DNA of 64,000 nt from Octopus bimaculoides (taxonomy: Eukaryota). How positions within the stretch are numbered: the stretch's first letter is position 1; each line of letters opens with the position of its first letter. The position numbers were made by a program, and so were the translations under genes. This document shows positions 47,701-60,752 of the stretch, piece by piece. The DNA lies in contig NC_069005.1 of NCBI RefSeq assembly GCF_001194135.2, positions 16,212,916-16,276,915 of the forward strand. The letters run 5' to 3'. The notes beneath the pieces are model-generated. The model was not told the origin of the DNA, did no database searches, and was given only the letters and a program-made list of their open reading frames with translations.

Positions 47701-49060
47701 ATGGTAAGCAAGTGATTGGTGTATAATTGCTAGCTGCATTACTTTTGCTCTTATCTTTCATAAGGAGCATTGTCCTCCCTCTAGTCATCCAATCTGCTAT
47801 TATTCCTCCATTAAGGCAATCCTGAAGTTGTTCCCTCAGCCTCCAATGTGAACTACTAAATTTCTTTAACCAGTACCTTTGAACTAAATCTGGTCTTGGG
47901 CCCTTTCAATTCAGCATTTTTTCCTAACACTTTACTCATTGATGCACTAGTTAATCTTAGATCTGGCTGCTTCTTACTACTTCTTCCCTCACTTTCTTTA
48001 ACCATAATGCATTTCCATTATGATTGACTGGCTTATCCCAAATATTACTCCAGAACTTTCTAGCTTCTTCTGCATTAGGTTTCTCATCTTCAGTACTTCG
48101 TTCTCCCCTATTTATTTGGTTATAAAATCTCCTCTGGTCTGTCCCAAATAATCTCTTCAGTTGATATTGATTCATTCTTTTCTGATATCTGGAGAGCTTG
48201 CCTGTTACTGCTATGATACTCTGTTTCACCGCTTCTATTACTGTCCCAAATCCTTTCTCTTTGACTAAGTATCTTTTCTCAAGAGAAGATTTGCATTTTG
48301 TGTTTCCTAACTCGTACAGTTTCCAGGCTTCTATTCTACTCAGATATTGTCTTAAAGTCTTCACTTTATTTTATTGTCTCCTTTTCCACATTTGCTCTTT
48401 TTTAATCTTTCCCTGTGAAATATCTAATCTTCTGGCGACTACTACCCCTCCAGCATAGATCAGTAAATTAGTGTCTACTATATTTTTAGTATCCATCCTG
48501 CTGATAAAATCTACTTTCCTAGTCATTTCTAGCAGCTTTCTTCTGTTGGTGTCTTTTAATGCTGGCAATCTTTTTCTTCTTTATTCATTCCCTCCTGCAA
48601 CTCATCTAAAATCTTCTGATCTTCCTCACTTAAATCGTGGGGCCAGTTGTCCCTTCCTTATTGGTAGCGCTATTATTATTTTTTCCTTTAGCTTCTTCTT
48701 TGGTTTGAGATGCATCTCTTATGTTGTTATTTTTCTTTCCTACTGCTTGGTCTTTCTTCTCCAGTTCTCTTGTGATCTCTTCTACCTCCAATTCTGTCAT
48801 CCACTTTCTTCTAATAGCATTAGCTTGATCTACTAATCTCTGCTCAGTCACTTTAAACATACCTTTCTCTCCCCAAAGTGTTAACATCCATTTTCTATAG
48901 CTCCTTCATTTAGGTTCACTTTCTAAGTAGCACTGAATCACTATCCTGTTTTCTTCACTGGTCCACTTCCTCCTACTTGCTCTGTTATCTGCTGATGATG
49001 TTTTAGGATAACAGCTGTGGTCAGTCTGCATCTTTACTGAACCACTGCTGAGCGAGAGAC
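44745..49060 (-). mobile_element. R4/Dong(Rex6)-like non-LTR retrotransposon fossil (RT + restriction-like endonuclease), near full length
   Basis: NYTPITCLPLVWKLL, IFQGDSLSSLIFV, HLLYMDDLKLF, AAQDQVLKT, and the C-terminus VPND..EKITKHQD..RLWK..PVVIGALGTV..LQKTVLLGTARILRKVL* at ~44870-45125. Ends in (TAA)n. Confidence 0.85.
45127..46051 (+). mobile_element. pogo-like internally deleted DNA transposon nested in the R4/Dong element
   Basis: TIRs (a)ctgtaaaaaacccatgtaattt / aaattacatgggtttttacggta. Brinker-type HTH remnant KYVEYAFERGNRAAGRYFNVNEANV at ~45720-45800. Confidence 0.8.
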
Positions 49061-49749
49061 CTTCCTTTAATGGTCGAGCTTCATTTTCGCTGTTACAACC
49101 AAAGTTTTTTTTGGTTTTGGAAACTCCTGTCTCTCATAAACTTAGGTAAAGTAGTGTTCGTCACCATCGTCATCACCGCTATTACTTTTCGACAACTGAA
49201 AGTTTCCAGCAGCTTTCTATTGCATCATTTGTTGTACTTTTGTGCTGGTGGGCTGGTGCGTGCTGCCTTTTTTTGTGGTGGTGGTGGGGATATTGTATTG
49301 TATCAGTTTGTTTTGTTGTGGGGTTTGGTTTGAGTCTTCTGTTGTATTAGTTTTTGTATTGTGGTGTTTGTGTAGCACAGGTTGTGTTCTTCAGTCGGGT
49401 ATCAGCTTTCTATGGTACATGTGGGTTTTGTTCACATTGTTGGGTATTTACATTTTAAGTTTATTCTTGTATGCTTTTGGCGGTGGGTGGGGGGTTGCAT
49501 AGTAATGTGTGTAGATCATAGATCAACTATTTCATAGTATTTATGATTATTTGCCTGCCATTCATTCATTCATTCTCTTTTTTGGTTGGCTTTGTTATGG
49601 GTTTCATTTTTTCAGTATTTACTTTTTTAACTGAACACTGCCTATGGACATGTGTTGATGTTTCTTTCATAGTTTTAATTATTATTGATGCATTAGAGAG
49701 AGACTAACAAGTAGCAATGTGCACATATATAGATGTCTTGGGATTTAGA

Positions 49750-51046
49750 TTTTTGCATTTGCAAAATATGCATTTTTTAAAAGGAAGTAAAAAAAAAATC
49801 AGATAAGTGACTATAATACTGTAGTCTTCCAGTCTCATTACTATGAAGGTATGATGTTGTGGAGAAAAAAATTGGAGGAAAGAGTTACAGTGGTTTAAAG
49901 ATTGGAAAAACTATATTTTTAGCTAATAGCGAGACAGAGATTTTCTGTGTTTAGCAGAGCGGTGTCAACCTCAAGGTTGTACCCTGTGAAATTTATAGTT
50001 TAGCGTCTGACCTGTTCATTCTAGGTTTCTAAATAAACAGAAATACCTAATAAAATCAACATGTATCATTTTACTGTTTCTTTTGTCTCTTCATTGATTG
50101 TATGTTTTTATTTTTTTAAAATTGTTATATTAATATATTTGTCTGCATGTGTTTATTTTGTGTATTTCAGTATTATGTATACTTGTCATGTATTTGTATA
50201 CATCATTTATAAGTGCATGTAAATGTATATATTCATATATAAGTTTATATGTACATTTATGTATTCATGTGTGTGTCTGTCTTGAAAACTGAGTAATGTT
50301 TTCATGCTTGGATTTGTAAACTATGATAAGAACACTGGTCAACAAAGAATTTGTCCCAAGAAAAAGAATACCTGTATCTTATACTTTTTTTGCATGCAGA
50401 ATTAAAAAATAATGTCAAATTATCTGCATCACCCACAGTTTCTCTGTTCCATGATATCTCTCTCAGTTCCTGTTACGTGGGCTAAATTTCAGTTAAGCTG
50501 TTGAAATGTGAAGCTAACGGTTTAAGAAATACTCCTAATTAAAATTTTTATGAATAGAATTAACCTAGTGTAATCATAAATCCAGCTATCTGAGTCAATG
50601 AGTGCCAGAAAAATATGTAAAAATACTAACACACAGAAAAAGCACAGAAAAATACTTACATACAGAAGCACAGAAAAATATGTAATATACTAACACACAA
50701 AAAAATTAAAACAAAACACGCAGATGAAAAGAATCTTGTGGTGTGAAGAATCAAGTGTGAAAAATCAACATAGAACAACATGGGGTACAGACAGTGAACC
50801 ACAACACAGTGTGCAGTTGTCATGGTAACAAGCTGCTAATGCCATGTCTGTTGATTGGCTAAAATTACCCAAATTTGCTAACTTTAATTCCAAATAACAT
50901 CAGATTATGTAATTTACAAGATGAAGTAATTGGTTGATCATAATCAAAATTCAGAGCTGAATTGATACACCAAAATTGAAAACAATCAGAGCAAAATTAA
51001 AAGGGGCTCATTTAGCAAATGAGAAGACTAGATCCAGGTCTTTAAC
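49750..51046 (-). repeat. Long dispersed repeat, copy 2 (in USP30 intron 1)
   Basis: Reverse complement of 28866-29190 plus 29880-30691, roughly 80% similar by eye. Confidence 0.88.
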
Positions 51047-51471
51047 TGGGAAGGAAAGGCTGTTTTTATATGCCTGGTGGCCATGGTGAAAGAGATTGAA
51101 GGGGCTGAAGACAGACACTTTTTTCTTTAGCCAATCCCTGACGAACTTCAAGTTTCACTTGAAAAGGAAGATAAGGGTAGAGAGGGAAGTGTTGTCTTCT
51201 AGCCAGTTTGCTGAAAAGTGGATGAAAGTGGCATGGTTTTTTATGGGGTTTTTCCCTGAGCAGCCCTCGAACATCTTCTCCCCATTGAGGATTACACATT
51301 GTTGATTTCTTTTTCTTTCTCTTTTTTCTTTCAATTTTGTTAGTCTTGTTTACATGCAAAACCCCAACAACAACACACTCACACACATACATACTTCGTT
51401 TTGTTCTGTGCTGCTCATAATGTTTTTCTTGATGTAAATCCTTGTGGTTAATAAAGAAATCATTATTATTA
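51040..51471 (+). mobile_element. 5'-truncated 3' end of the Tx1-like LINE
   Basis: Colinear with 55018-55503; ends in ttaataaagaaatcattattatt. Confidence 0.85.
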
Positions 51472-51699
51472 TGGCCATCAGCCTGGCAAGCCAAGCTTGA
51501 CCTCACTCTGTAAATTTTATAAGGAAAAAACACATAATAGTGTATTTGCATCCTTCAAATTTATACCATTGTGGACAAGTTATTTGCTGTCGTGATGAGT
51601 TTATTTTCCTGTTTTGTCCTTGTTTTTTGGGGGGAAGTCAATTGATTTTGTTTTTCTTAATCACAGTTGTTTGCATTTTCCCCATCAACATGGAGAAAA

Positions 51700-54600
51700 C
51701 ACAAAACACGGTGACTCATATCTCAGAGACGGGGGGAGAGAGAGTGAGGATCGTCACAAAAAATCAATGTGAGAGAGTGCGTGCGAAGCAACTTGGGACT
51801 GGAAAAAACAACAGATAATAGTTTTTTTGTTGAAAAAATGGACAAAAAAAGCCAATGGAGCCATTTTTTGCAAGAAGGATCTCTTAGATTTTCAGAAAAG
51901 CAAAGGCTCCATTTTTAACAAGTTTTGAAATAAGTACAACAATTTCAAAAATGTAAACAATGAGAGCCATTTCATGAGCAAAACAACGATCGAGTTCAGT
52001 ACAAGTAACAACTGCAAGAACAACAACATCAGCAGCACCATCAACAACCACAATGACGACCATAAAAAAGGTGACAACAACAACTGAAACAACAACATTA
52101 GTGTTTGTGTATGTGAAACAAGTAAAAGTATAATATTAAAACAAAATATCTTTTTTAAACCTCTTAAAATCACTGGATTTATTAATCTCAGATTGCAGAA
52201 TAAATTTGAAAAAGAAATCCACTTTCCCTTCACAATTTTTGGCGCTGAAACTTTAATAGGGTAAGTAATGCAATATCATTTAAAAGCTTGCTGCCCTAGA
52301 CTGAAGGAAAATGAGAGATGGGCACCTCTCCTCCCTACACCAACAACAGCCACCAGAACTTCAACGACAACAGCAGCAGCACCATCACCATCAGGAGATT
52401 CAGCCATGGCAACACCAATAACCATACCAACACCAAGTTTCCCCAAACACTTCTCAGCGCCCGAAGATATTTCACTTCCTGATGCAGAGCAGGTGGATAT
52501 CACAGGTGGAGAGTCGGATTGCAATGAGGAGTGGAAGATGAAAACAAAGAAACGGATAAGAGACAAGATGAGCAAGCATATGGACAAATAACTACAATCC
52601 TCATCCACTCAAGTTGAAAGAAAAAAATCCAAAACAAGAAAAATAAATACACCCAAAACAAACATTGCATCGACATCACCACCTCTAACATCTGAAATAC
52701 AAGCTGTCCTACATGCAACCACCACCACAACGATCACAACCACCACCACAAGAACAACAAACAAATTAAAGACACTAACATTACAAACTACATGGTAATA
52801 AGTACAAAAAAAAAACAATGAATTAATGAAGTACATAATAACACACACAAACTGCCAGCACACACACAAATCATTCAAGCAACACAAAATACATACACAC
52901 ACTTAAAAACCCAATTCCCACAGGAAATCGGAGATTTTTGAGGGAATATCACCAAGAGAATTCTTGGTGATTCACTGTTGTGTATGGCTTTTCGCAAGCA
53001 GCGATGAGCCAGATTGCAGGATGGATTTCACGTACTACCTCGACAGGCTACCACAGCTCTTGGTGATGGAGGCAGAGCGATGCAAATGGCTGATAGCAGC
53101 CTTTGAAATACAGGAAGCAATGGCTAGCGACATGAAGGGTAAATCACCTGGTTTGGATTGTCTGCCCTATGAGCTTTATGCTTACATGCCAGACTTGTTC
53201 AGCGACCTCTTAGCAAACGTTTACTGCAATTAGCAACAGAATGGGAGAATTCCCAGTTTTGTGAGCCAAGGAGTAGTGGCATTGCTGAGAAAAAACCTGA
53301 GCAAGGGGGATTATATTGACAACTTCAGGCCCATAACTCTGTTGAATGTAGAGTTCAAAATTTTGGCCAAAGTATTAACTACAAGGTTGGTGCTTGTTGT
53401 CAGGGATCTGGTAGAGGAGGCACAGACATGTGCCATCCTGAAAAGATCCATTCATGGCAACCTCCACTTCATGCGATACATCATTGAGAAAGTGGCTAAA
53501 GAACCTAGCATGGGTGGGACTCTGATCAATTTAAATCAGTGTAAAGCTTTCGGTAGGGTCAACCATTTACACCTGGTGGCAGTCCAAGAGGCAGCTGGTT
53601 TCAGGCTTGTATTCAAGGGCTGGATCACTGCAATGTACAGTGACGTCTGTTCAGTGGTCAGAGTGAATGGTCACCTCTCAGAGTCATTCAACATCGTGCA
53701 CTCAGTCCAGCAAGATTGTCGCTTCTCGTCTCTCTTGTATGTACCGACTCTAGAGCCACTACTGCACAAACTTTTCTTTTTGAGGCTTTGAGAGGCATCC
53801 TGCATGACCTAGGATGTGAGAGATGCGTGTTGGCATATGCCAATGATGTCACTGTAGTGGTGTCAGATCATAAACACATAGAAATGATTGGCATCGCTCT
53901 CAGGGACTGAGAATTAACCAGGAAAAATCAGTGGGCTTGCAGCTCGGCTCCTGGAGAAGCAAGTGCATGCTATCCAACTGTGTCATTGGGTGCTGGATGG
54001 ATGGACCAGTTAAATTGCTTGGGGTCTGGTTTGGTCTGGACCTCCAGATGGACAAAAACAGGGACGAGGTAACAAGCAGGGTGACTACTCTCACCCAGAA
54101 ATGGGCTGAGAAAAAGTTATCCTGAAAGGTAGGCTGAGGTGGCTAACGCATATATCATGTCCGTTATCTATATTGCTTGACTGTCGTCCCTTGTCCTGGC
54201 CACCGTCTGATTATGCTGGAGTGCATTCTCTTCTGCTTCTTGTGGAAGGTACATGTCCCAATGGTCAGGCTGTCTATCTGCTGTCAGTACCTGCTGTGTG
54301 GTGGCCTGGGCATGCTTTGGTTGATGATGTGCAGACATGCACTAAGGCTACAAAATCTCCAGGATTGTAGTTATTTGTCCATATGCTTGTTCATCTTGTC
54401 TCTTATCCATTTCTTTGTTTTTATCTTCCACTCCTCATCGCAGTCCGACTCTCCACCTATGATGTCCACCTGCTCTGCATCAGGAAGTGAAATATCTTCT
54501 AGACGGTGAACAGATCTGGCCGCCGTTTGTCAGACACATTTCTGCAGCTAGTTTCCTTAACAGAGCTGGAGTCCTGGGTAAAACAGACACCAAGGGGGAG

Positions 54601-55503
54601 CATTTGGAAAGTGCAATGTCTTCAAGCGTGCACAGTCCTCAGCCAATCGGACAGTGTTGTAGGTGGAATGTCCACTTTAGCCTTTTATAGAGGATTAGTG
54701 GAGGAAAAGTGCGATGTTCTTGAGGATACCTTGGGCGTCAAAGAAGCTAATTGCTCTTTTCTGGAGAACATTTGGGCCGGGATCAATGGATAATTTCCAA
54801 GATATCTCTGGCCTGGTAGTGAAACTGGAGAGCTTTGCCTGTTCGAGATAAAGCTTACAGGTACGGAGGTGCCATCAGTTGAGCATGTCTGAGATGTGCG
54901 CAGGATGATGAGATGGTCCTGCATGCACTCGTCCAGTGCCTGAGCTTTGCTGACCTCTGGGTTTATGGAGCCAGTTGTCAACTGAATCCATTGTGAAGAT
55001 TGCCCCATCACCTTCCTTTAACCGGGAAGGCAAAAGCTGCTTTTATATGCCTGGTGGATGAGATTGAAGAGGCTGAAGATGAACACTTTTCTCTTTGGCC
55101 AATCCCTGGTGAACTTCAAGTTTCACTTAAAAAAGAAAATAAGGGTAGAGACGGAAGTGTTGTCTTCTAGCCAGTTTGCTGAAAGGTGGACAAAAGAGGC
55201 CAGAATGGTATGATTGAATGGGCCTGCTCTGAACATATGCCTGTAGTTGGAAAAAAAAAAATGGCGCCTGCCCCAAAGGTCAGGGTTTTTCCATGAGCAG
55301 GCAATGAATGTCTCCTCCCTATTGATGATTACACATTGTTGATTTCTTTTTGTCTCTTTTCTTTTTTTTTAAAAAATTTTGTTAGTCTTGTTTACACACA
55401 AAACCCTCATAACATGCACACACACACACTCTTTGTTTTGTCTGCTGTCCATAATGTTTTTCTTAATGTAAACCCTTGTGGTTAATAAAGAAATCATTAT
55501 TAT
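51700..55503 (+). mobile_element. Tx1/L1-clade LINE fossil
   Basis: GKSPGLDCLPYELY, NFRPITLLNVEFKILAKVL, INLNQCKAFGRVNH, VQQDCRFS, AYANDVT and a C-terminal CLRC..DEMVLHAL. ORF1-like remnant at 52268-52591. The 5' boundary is uncertain. Confidence 0.85.
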
Positions 55504-58061
55504 TGAGTGTGTGAGCAGTGCATGCCATCAAAAAGACATTGGGGTACAAATATATGAAGCCCAATATACCCATCTGATAAGGGTGCACCAGGCACATGCA
55601 TCACAACTATATGTGCATGACATAGTGATCTCATAGCAAGATAAACAGTGCATGACCTTGAAGGTGGGGCCCAGTTAGAATTTTATCCGGGTTGAGTAAC
55701 CCACCCCACTCAAAGAGTTCCTGAATAAAATGATGAACAAAATCATCCATATTTCCAAAGGTGAATTATCCAAACCCCAAAGAATTCCTCTCAAAACATG
55801 GCTATGATGCTCCCCCACTACTTCTGCTTGTGATGAGAGATGCACATATCGTCAGCCACTAAGGGACATGCCCAAATGGTCAAGCAACTGACAAGCAAAT
55901 CTGTAGTATTGAGCAGAATATTTGCTGTAGCCCATCTTTTATACCAAGACAAAGCAGTGTACATGATAGCACTTCCAATCAGTTAAGATCAGAAGCCATG
56001 AGAGCCACTGCCTGGTACTGCATTATTATTATTATAGCGGTGAGCTGGCAGAATTGTTAGCATGCTGAGCAAAATGCTTAGTGGTATTTCGCACATTGCT
56101 ATATTCTGAGTTCAAATTCTGCCAAGGTCAACTTTGCCTTTCATCCTTTTGGGGTTGATAAAAATAAGTTCCAGTTGAACAGTGGGGGTCAATGTAATTG
56201 ATTCATCCCCACCTTCCCAAGCTGCCCTTGTGGCAAAAATTTGAAATTATTATTATTATTATTAAGGCGGCGAGCTGGCAGAATTGTTAGCATGCTGGAT
56301 GAAATGCTTAGAGGTATTTTGCTCTTTACGTTCTGGGTTCAAATTCTGCCAAGGTTGACCTTGCCTTTCATCATTTTGGGGTCGATTAAATATGTACCAG
56401 TTACACACTGAGGTTGATGTAATCGACTTAATCTCCTCCCCCAAGCTGCCCTTGTGGCAGAAATTTGAAATCATTATTATTTAGGAGTTGGTTTACTTTT
56501 CAGGTAATCTACACCAATTTGTGACTGTTTTATACAAGTGTGGTAATATGATTAGGCCATTTGAAGTGATTTTAACAACTGTGTCATTAAAATTAAAGCA
56601 AAAGCATTGCTATTAAAAAAGTTAAACCTTGTAAATAATAAAAAATAAATATTGACGAGTTATTAAATAGATTAATACTTTTACATATTCATTGTGCTTA
56701 CTTAGGATACTCTGGTCTATTTTTGTATTTTCTGAGATTGTTATGGGTCCATGTTTAGTCCCACAGATATCTGTACATAAAAACCTAAGCTTCCAAGCAA
56801 GGTGATCAATATTACATTTATTTTGTATGAGCACTCACCTTTGTAGATGTATTTTACAAATTTGTAAAACCAATTACAGTTCAGTCTCCCTTCTTGACTT
56901 GTTTATAAAATAATACACACAAAGTTGGTGAAGTTTTGGATCAGAGCACCCACATGAGTTGGATTTTTTCTGTTTTGATGGGAATTCTTTCAGCATGTGT
57001 GATTTTGCTTTTTACCTCCTCTCTCTCACCACCATCCTCAAAAATATTGCGAGAATGACAAAGAAACAAGGAAGGTGGTCATGGGATGTATTAGAAACAG
57101 ACAAAATCTCCCTTAAATTACTTTCTCGTATGAAAATATTTTTACAAATTTTGTTTTTTTACCCTAGTTTTTAAGTTCATAATGCAAAAAAAAGATTAAC
57201 CGCCAAAATTAGTCTGGAGGGTGGTGGCGAGGGAGAAGAGGTGAAAAAAATCATAAATTTTCCAAAATTTTTTCTTGTAAAAAGATGCCCCCTTTATTTT
57301 GAAGGCCTTAGTGAAAAAAATTGGAGAAGTCCCTGTCAAAATGGAGAAAATTCAACTTATGTAGGCACCCTGATCTGAAACTCTGCTACAAAGTTTAGTT
57401 GACATTGGTGGTTGTCTTCCAAATCTTATTTTGACGTTACAAACAACTTCAAGTCCCATAATCCTCCACTTTATATTTTTGGACTACTGGTTGTTTTCCT
57501 TTCTTTTAAATATCTCTTTCATTATCATCATCTTATGTCCATTTTCCATGCTGGCATGGTTTGACATGGAGCTGGTCAGCCAGGGAACTGTCCAAACTCC
57601 AATTGTTTGTTGTGGCATGGTTCTTTCAGCTGAATGTCCTTCCTACTACAGAGTGTGCGGGGTGTGTTTATGCAGCACCAGCATCTGTAATGGACAAGCC
57701 TGTACATATAGATGACAATGATTTTACTTAACTTGCCGTGTCTTCTCAAGTACAGCAAATTGCCACAACTCCCGCTCCCTTGTCATTTCCTCAGTGAGGC
57801 CCAGTGTTCGAAGATCCTTTTGCAGCACTTCATCTCATGTCTTCCTGAGTCTGAACCCCTCAAATAACCTGCCAATGAAGGACCTCTGCCGGTGTGACAG
57901 ATGTGTTAGATTTACAGAATATCTTTGTCAATGCAACTTTCTATCCAGCATCAAATAAATAAAATCTATTACATATAGTACATGCTTTCATTTCTCCTGT
58001 TTGTATAGCCATATATGTGTGCATTGGGTAATTATATTAAGATTTTCAATTTCTCTTTCAG

Positions 58062-58232
58062 ATTATGCTCCTGGTTTAGAGAATCTTGGAAATACATGTT
58101 TCCTTAATGCTGTTCTGCAAGCTTTGGCGCCATGCCAAAGTATTCTTGATTGGCTTAGTAAAATTCTGCTTCGAAAACACATGAACAAGACAGAAAACTA
58201 TCTTGCTTATACAATGTTGAAGACACTCAAAG
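58062..58232 (+). CDS. USP30: USP30-like exon with USP Cys box
   Basis: Acceptor ttctctttcag| at 58061, phase 1, in frame with the previous exon. Encodes DYAPGLENLGNTCFLNAVLQALAPCQSILDWLSKILLRKHMNKTENYLAYTMLKTLK, with the catalytic Cys codon at 58097-58099. Donor AG|GTAATC, phase 1. Confidence 0.95.
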
Positions 58233-60654
58233 GTAATCAGACATTGTCATTGAATACTTTATATATTGAACTTTTTGTTAGTAATGTTTACACTATTCAG
58301 TAAGTTGTCATAAGTGGTATTCTAAATAAAGTGTTTTAGATATAGAAATTTATGAAGCCTATTTACCTTTCATATTCTTTTTCAGTTTATTTTCCTTACA
58401 AAATTACTGCAAAGTACTGTTTTTAAATAGACATGTAAGTGCAGGCATTCCCCAACCACTTGGTTTCAAGTTCAGTCCCACTGTGTGGCACCTTGAACAA
58501 GTGTCTTCTATTATAGCCCTGTGCCAGCCTTATTAATGGATTTGGTAGATGGAAACTACCATGTGAGTTTGTGTTTTTTTGTCTCCTTGTATCAACATTG
58601 CATGATAGTTGTAAATGAATGTCACTTTCATATAAGCAATGTCACTCATTTCTAATATTCTGCAAAAACCTGTTTTCCTATGGGGAAATATTACTTTACT
58701 TGAAAGCAAACGAGAGTTGGCAGACATAGAAAATCTGCCTCAATAAATTCTTTCTGATCTGTGCAAACATGGAAAAGTGGATGTAAAACAGTGATGATGC
58801 GACAAAAGAGAAAATAAATCATTTAGATGGTTGAGGGTTACTGATAAAGGCCAAAATTGATGCTGAGGCATCTTATAACTGAAACAACAGCAGCAAAAAA
58901 AAAAAAAGTATTACTTGCAATGCATTTTGACCTCTTACTTTTCAGTATTTTCATTAACTCATTGAGAAAGTGTAGAAATATACTTCACTACATTTGTTTA
59001 AAAAAAAAAACTGAATGGATAAGGTGGTATTGGACTATATTTTTGAGATGAGATTCATTGTGGAGAAAAACATTTAATTCACATTTATTTGTATTTCAAA
59101 ATGTCAGGTATTTCGTTCCAATAGCCTATCTTATCTTCTTAACAATATCAAGGGAGACCTAACTGGTGGAACTTGTTTGATAAAGGCATGGGGTTACCAA
59201 CATATCTTGGACATGATGTACTGAGTTTCTAATATCTGGTAATAACACTGAACCTTACTAGGATAGTCTCTTTGTCAATTAATAAAGGGCTGATAACATT
59301 TGATCTGTAAAATAATTACCTGAAAAAAAACTAGGGTTCAGGTTCTTTGTTTTTATCACTGTATGCCATTATTTTATCATTTACTTCTTTCTTCACTATT
59401 GCTCTACTGCTTATTTGATGTTGTGAACCTAAAAGTGACAATTTAAATCCTATTTATTTAGATCATTTATATGTTGCTGATTGAATAGATTAAGCATTTT
59501 AGCCACGACCATCCCATCTTTTCAGAAGTGTAATATTGTAGTATTGCATGCATTTTGTATGACCATGTCATGTCTTTTCCTTTCCCAAGGGTGTAGTTTG
59601 AGAGAAAATTTGTTACTATATCTAGAAGGTTGAGTGACCACATAAAGGATCCCTTTATGTTGTTATGATGTGGAAAATTACTGACAGCCAGTTAGGTTTC
59701 TAAGGCCATATATTGGTCTTGTTACTGAAGTATGGAAGAATAAATAAAACTTCAACATTACCAATAACATTTAGGAAAATTAATGGTAGCAGTATTAGAA
59801 GAAAACAGTGTTTGTTGGTCTGATTGGATGACTGGTGCTTCTTTTGCCATTAAGGCTGTTTATGCATTTTAAAAAAGTATGTGCGTGTGTGTGTGTATTA
59901 AATATTTGATCTGGCAGTGTGTGTATATAAAATATTTGATGTAGTAGTGTATGTCAAATATTTCTTGATACATTTACATTTGGTGTATCTGTAAAGGGTT
60001 AAATATTTATTTCACAATATCATCATTTATACTCCTTGCCTTCATACGAGAAGGTAACTCTGGAAGTATACTTTTGACACCATGGCTAATATCAGAAAGT
60101 ATTGCATTCATACAATAATTATAATTTACCTTTATCAAATTTCTTGGTGCTTATACTAAATGATGAAATGAATACTAATTTTCATATGGGAAGTATTTAT
60201 TACCTTAAAATAGAATTAATATAATATTCAAAAGGAACAAAAAAAATTGAAAACAAAACTACTTATGTTGATGTTATATTATGGAGGCTCATGTTTTTCT
60301 CTCCATTTTTTTTTCCTTTTTCCATCTGTTTTCTCTCTTCATTCCTCAAAACTCTTCCATTTTTCCTGAGCATCAAACTGACACTTTGTTGTTCCCTCAC
60401 CTGTCCCTGTCTTGTTTTTTCGTTTAATTTTGAACCACATACACACACCTTCTTATCTGTGCACCCCTCTCATATTCTCTCTTTTACTCTTTCCCCATCT
60501 CTATACAACATAAAGTATAACTGGAGAAATCAACCAACCAACTAACCAACAATTTTATTGGCTATTGTTATATAAAGATGGTCAAAATTTAGTTGCTACA
60601 CCAATCAACTTTCCTCTATCCATTACAAGCATATTGTTTTCTGTGTATTTTCAG

Positions 60655-60752
60655 TTTTGACAAACAAGACTTTCCATGACAAAGATACATTTTGTCCCAG
60701 TGAAGTCCTCAATGCTCTTCGATCTCGATGGGTTATTCCTGATGATGAACAG
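60655..60752 (+). CDS. USP30: USP30-like exon ending at the EQ of the EQDAHE motif
   Basis: Acceptor tgtattttcag| at 60654. Frame continues as VLTNKTFHDKDTFCPSEVLNALRSRWVIPDDEQ. Donor CAG|GTTAGT, phase 0. Aligns by eye with USP30 LLDVLRMYRWQISSFEEQ. Further exons lie beyond the window or in gaps. Confidence 0.88.

Noticed and set aside
51005-51035. Helitron 3' end (hairpin CTCATTT-agc-AAATGAG then CTAG)
   Set aside because: CTAG is followed by A rather than T, and similarity with the other copy continues about 15 nt past it, so it is not clearly a terminus.
28866-51046. Giant TIR element (Polinton/Maverick-like) defined by the long inverted repeats
   Set aside because: No pPolB, integrase, capsid, protease or ATPase frames were recognised inside. 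The interior holds one exon of a host gene whose other exons lie outside, and no TSD is visible.
52268-52608. Host gene for the S/T/P-rich 107-aa ORF or its 110-aa antisense ORF
   Set aside because: It sits between the putative 5' region and ORF2 of the Tx1 element, is low complexity, and is best explained as an ORF1 remnant.
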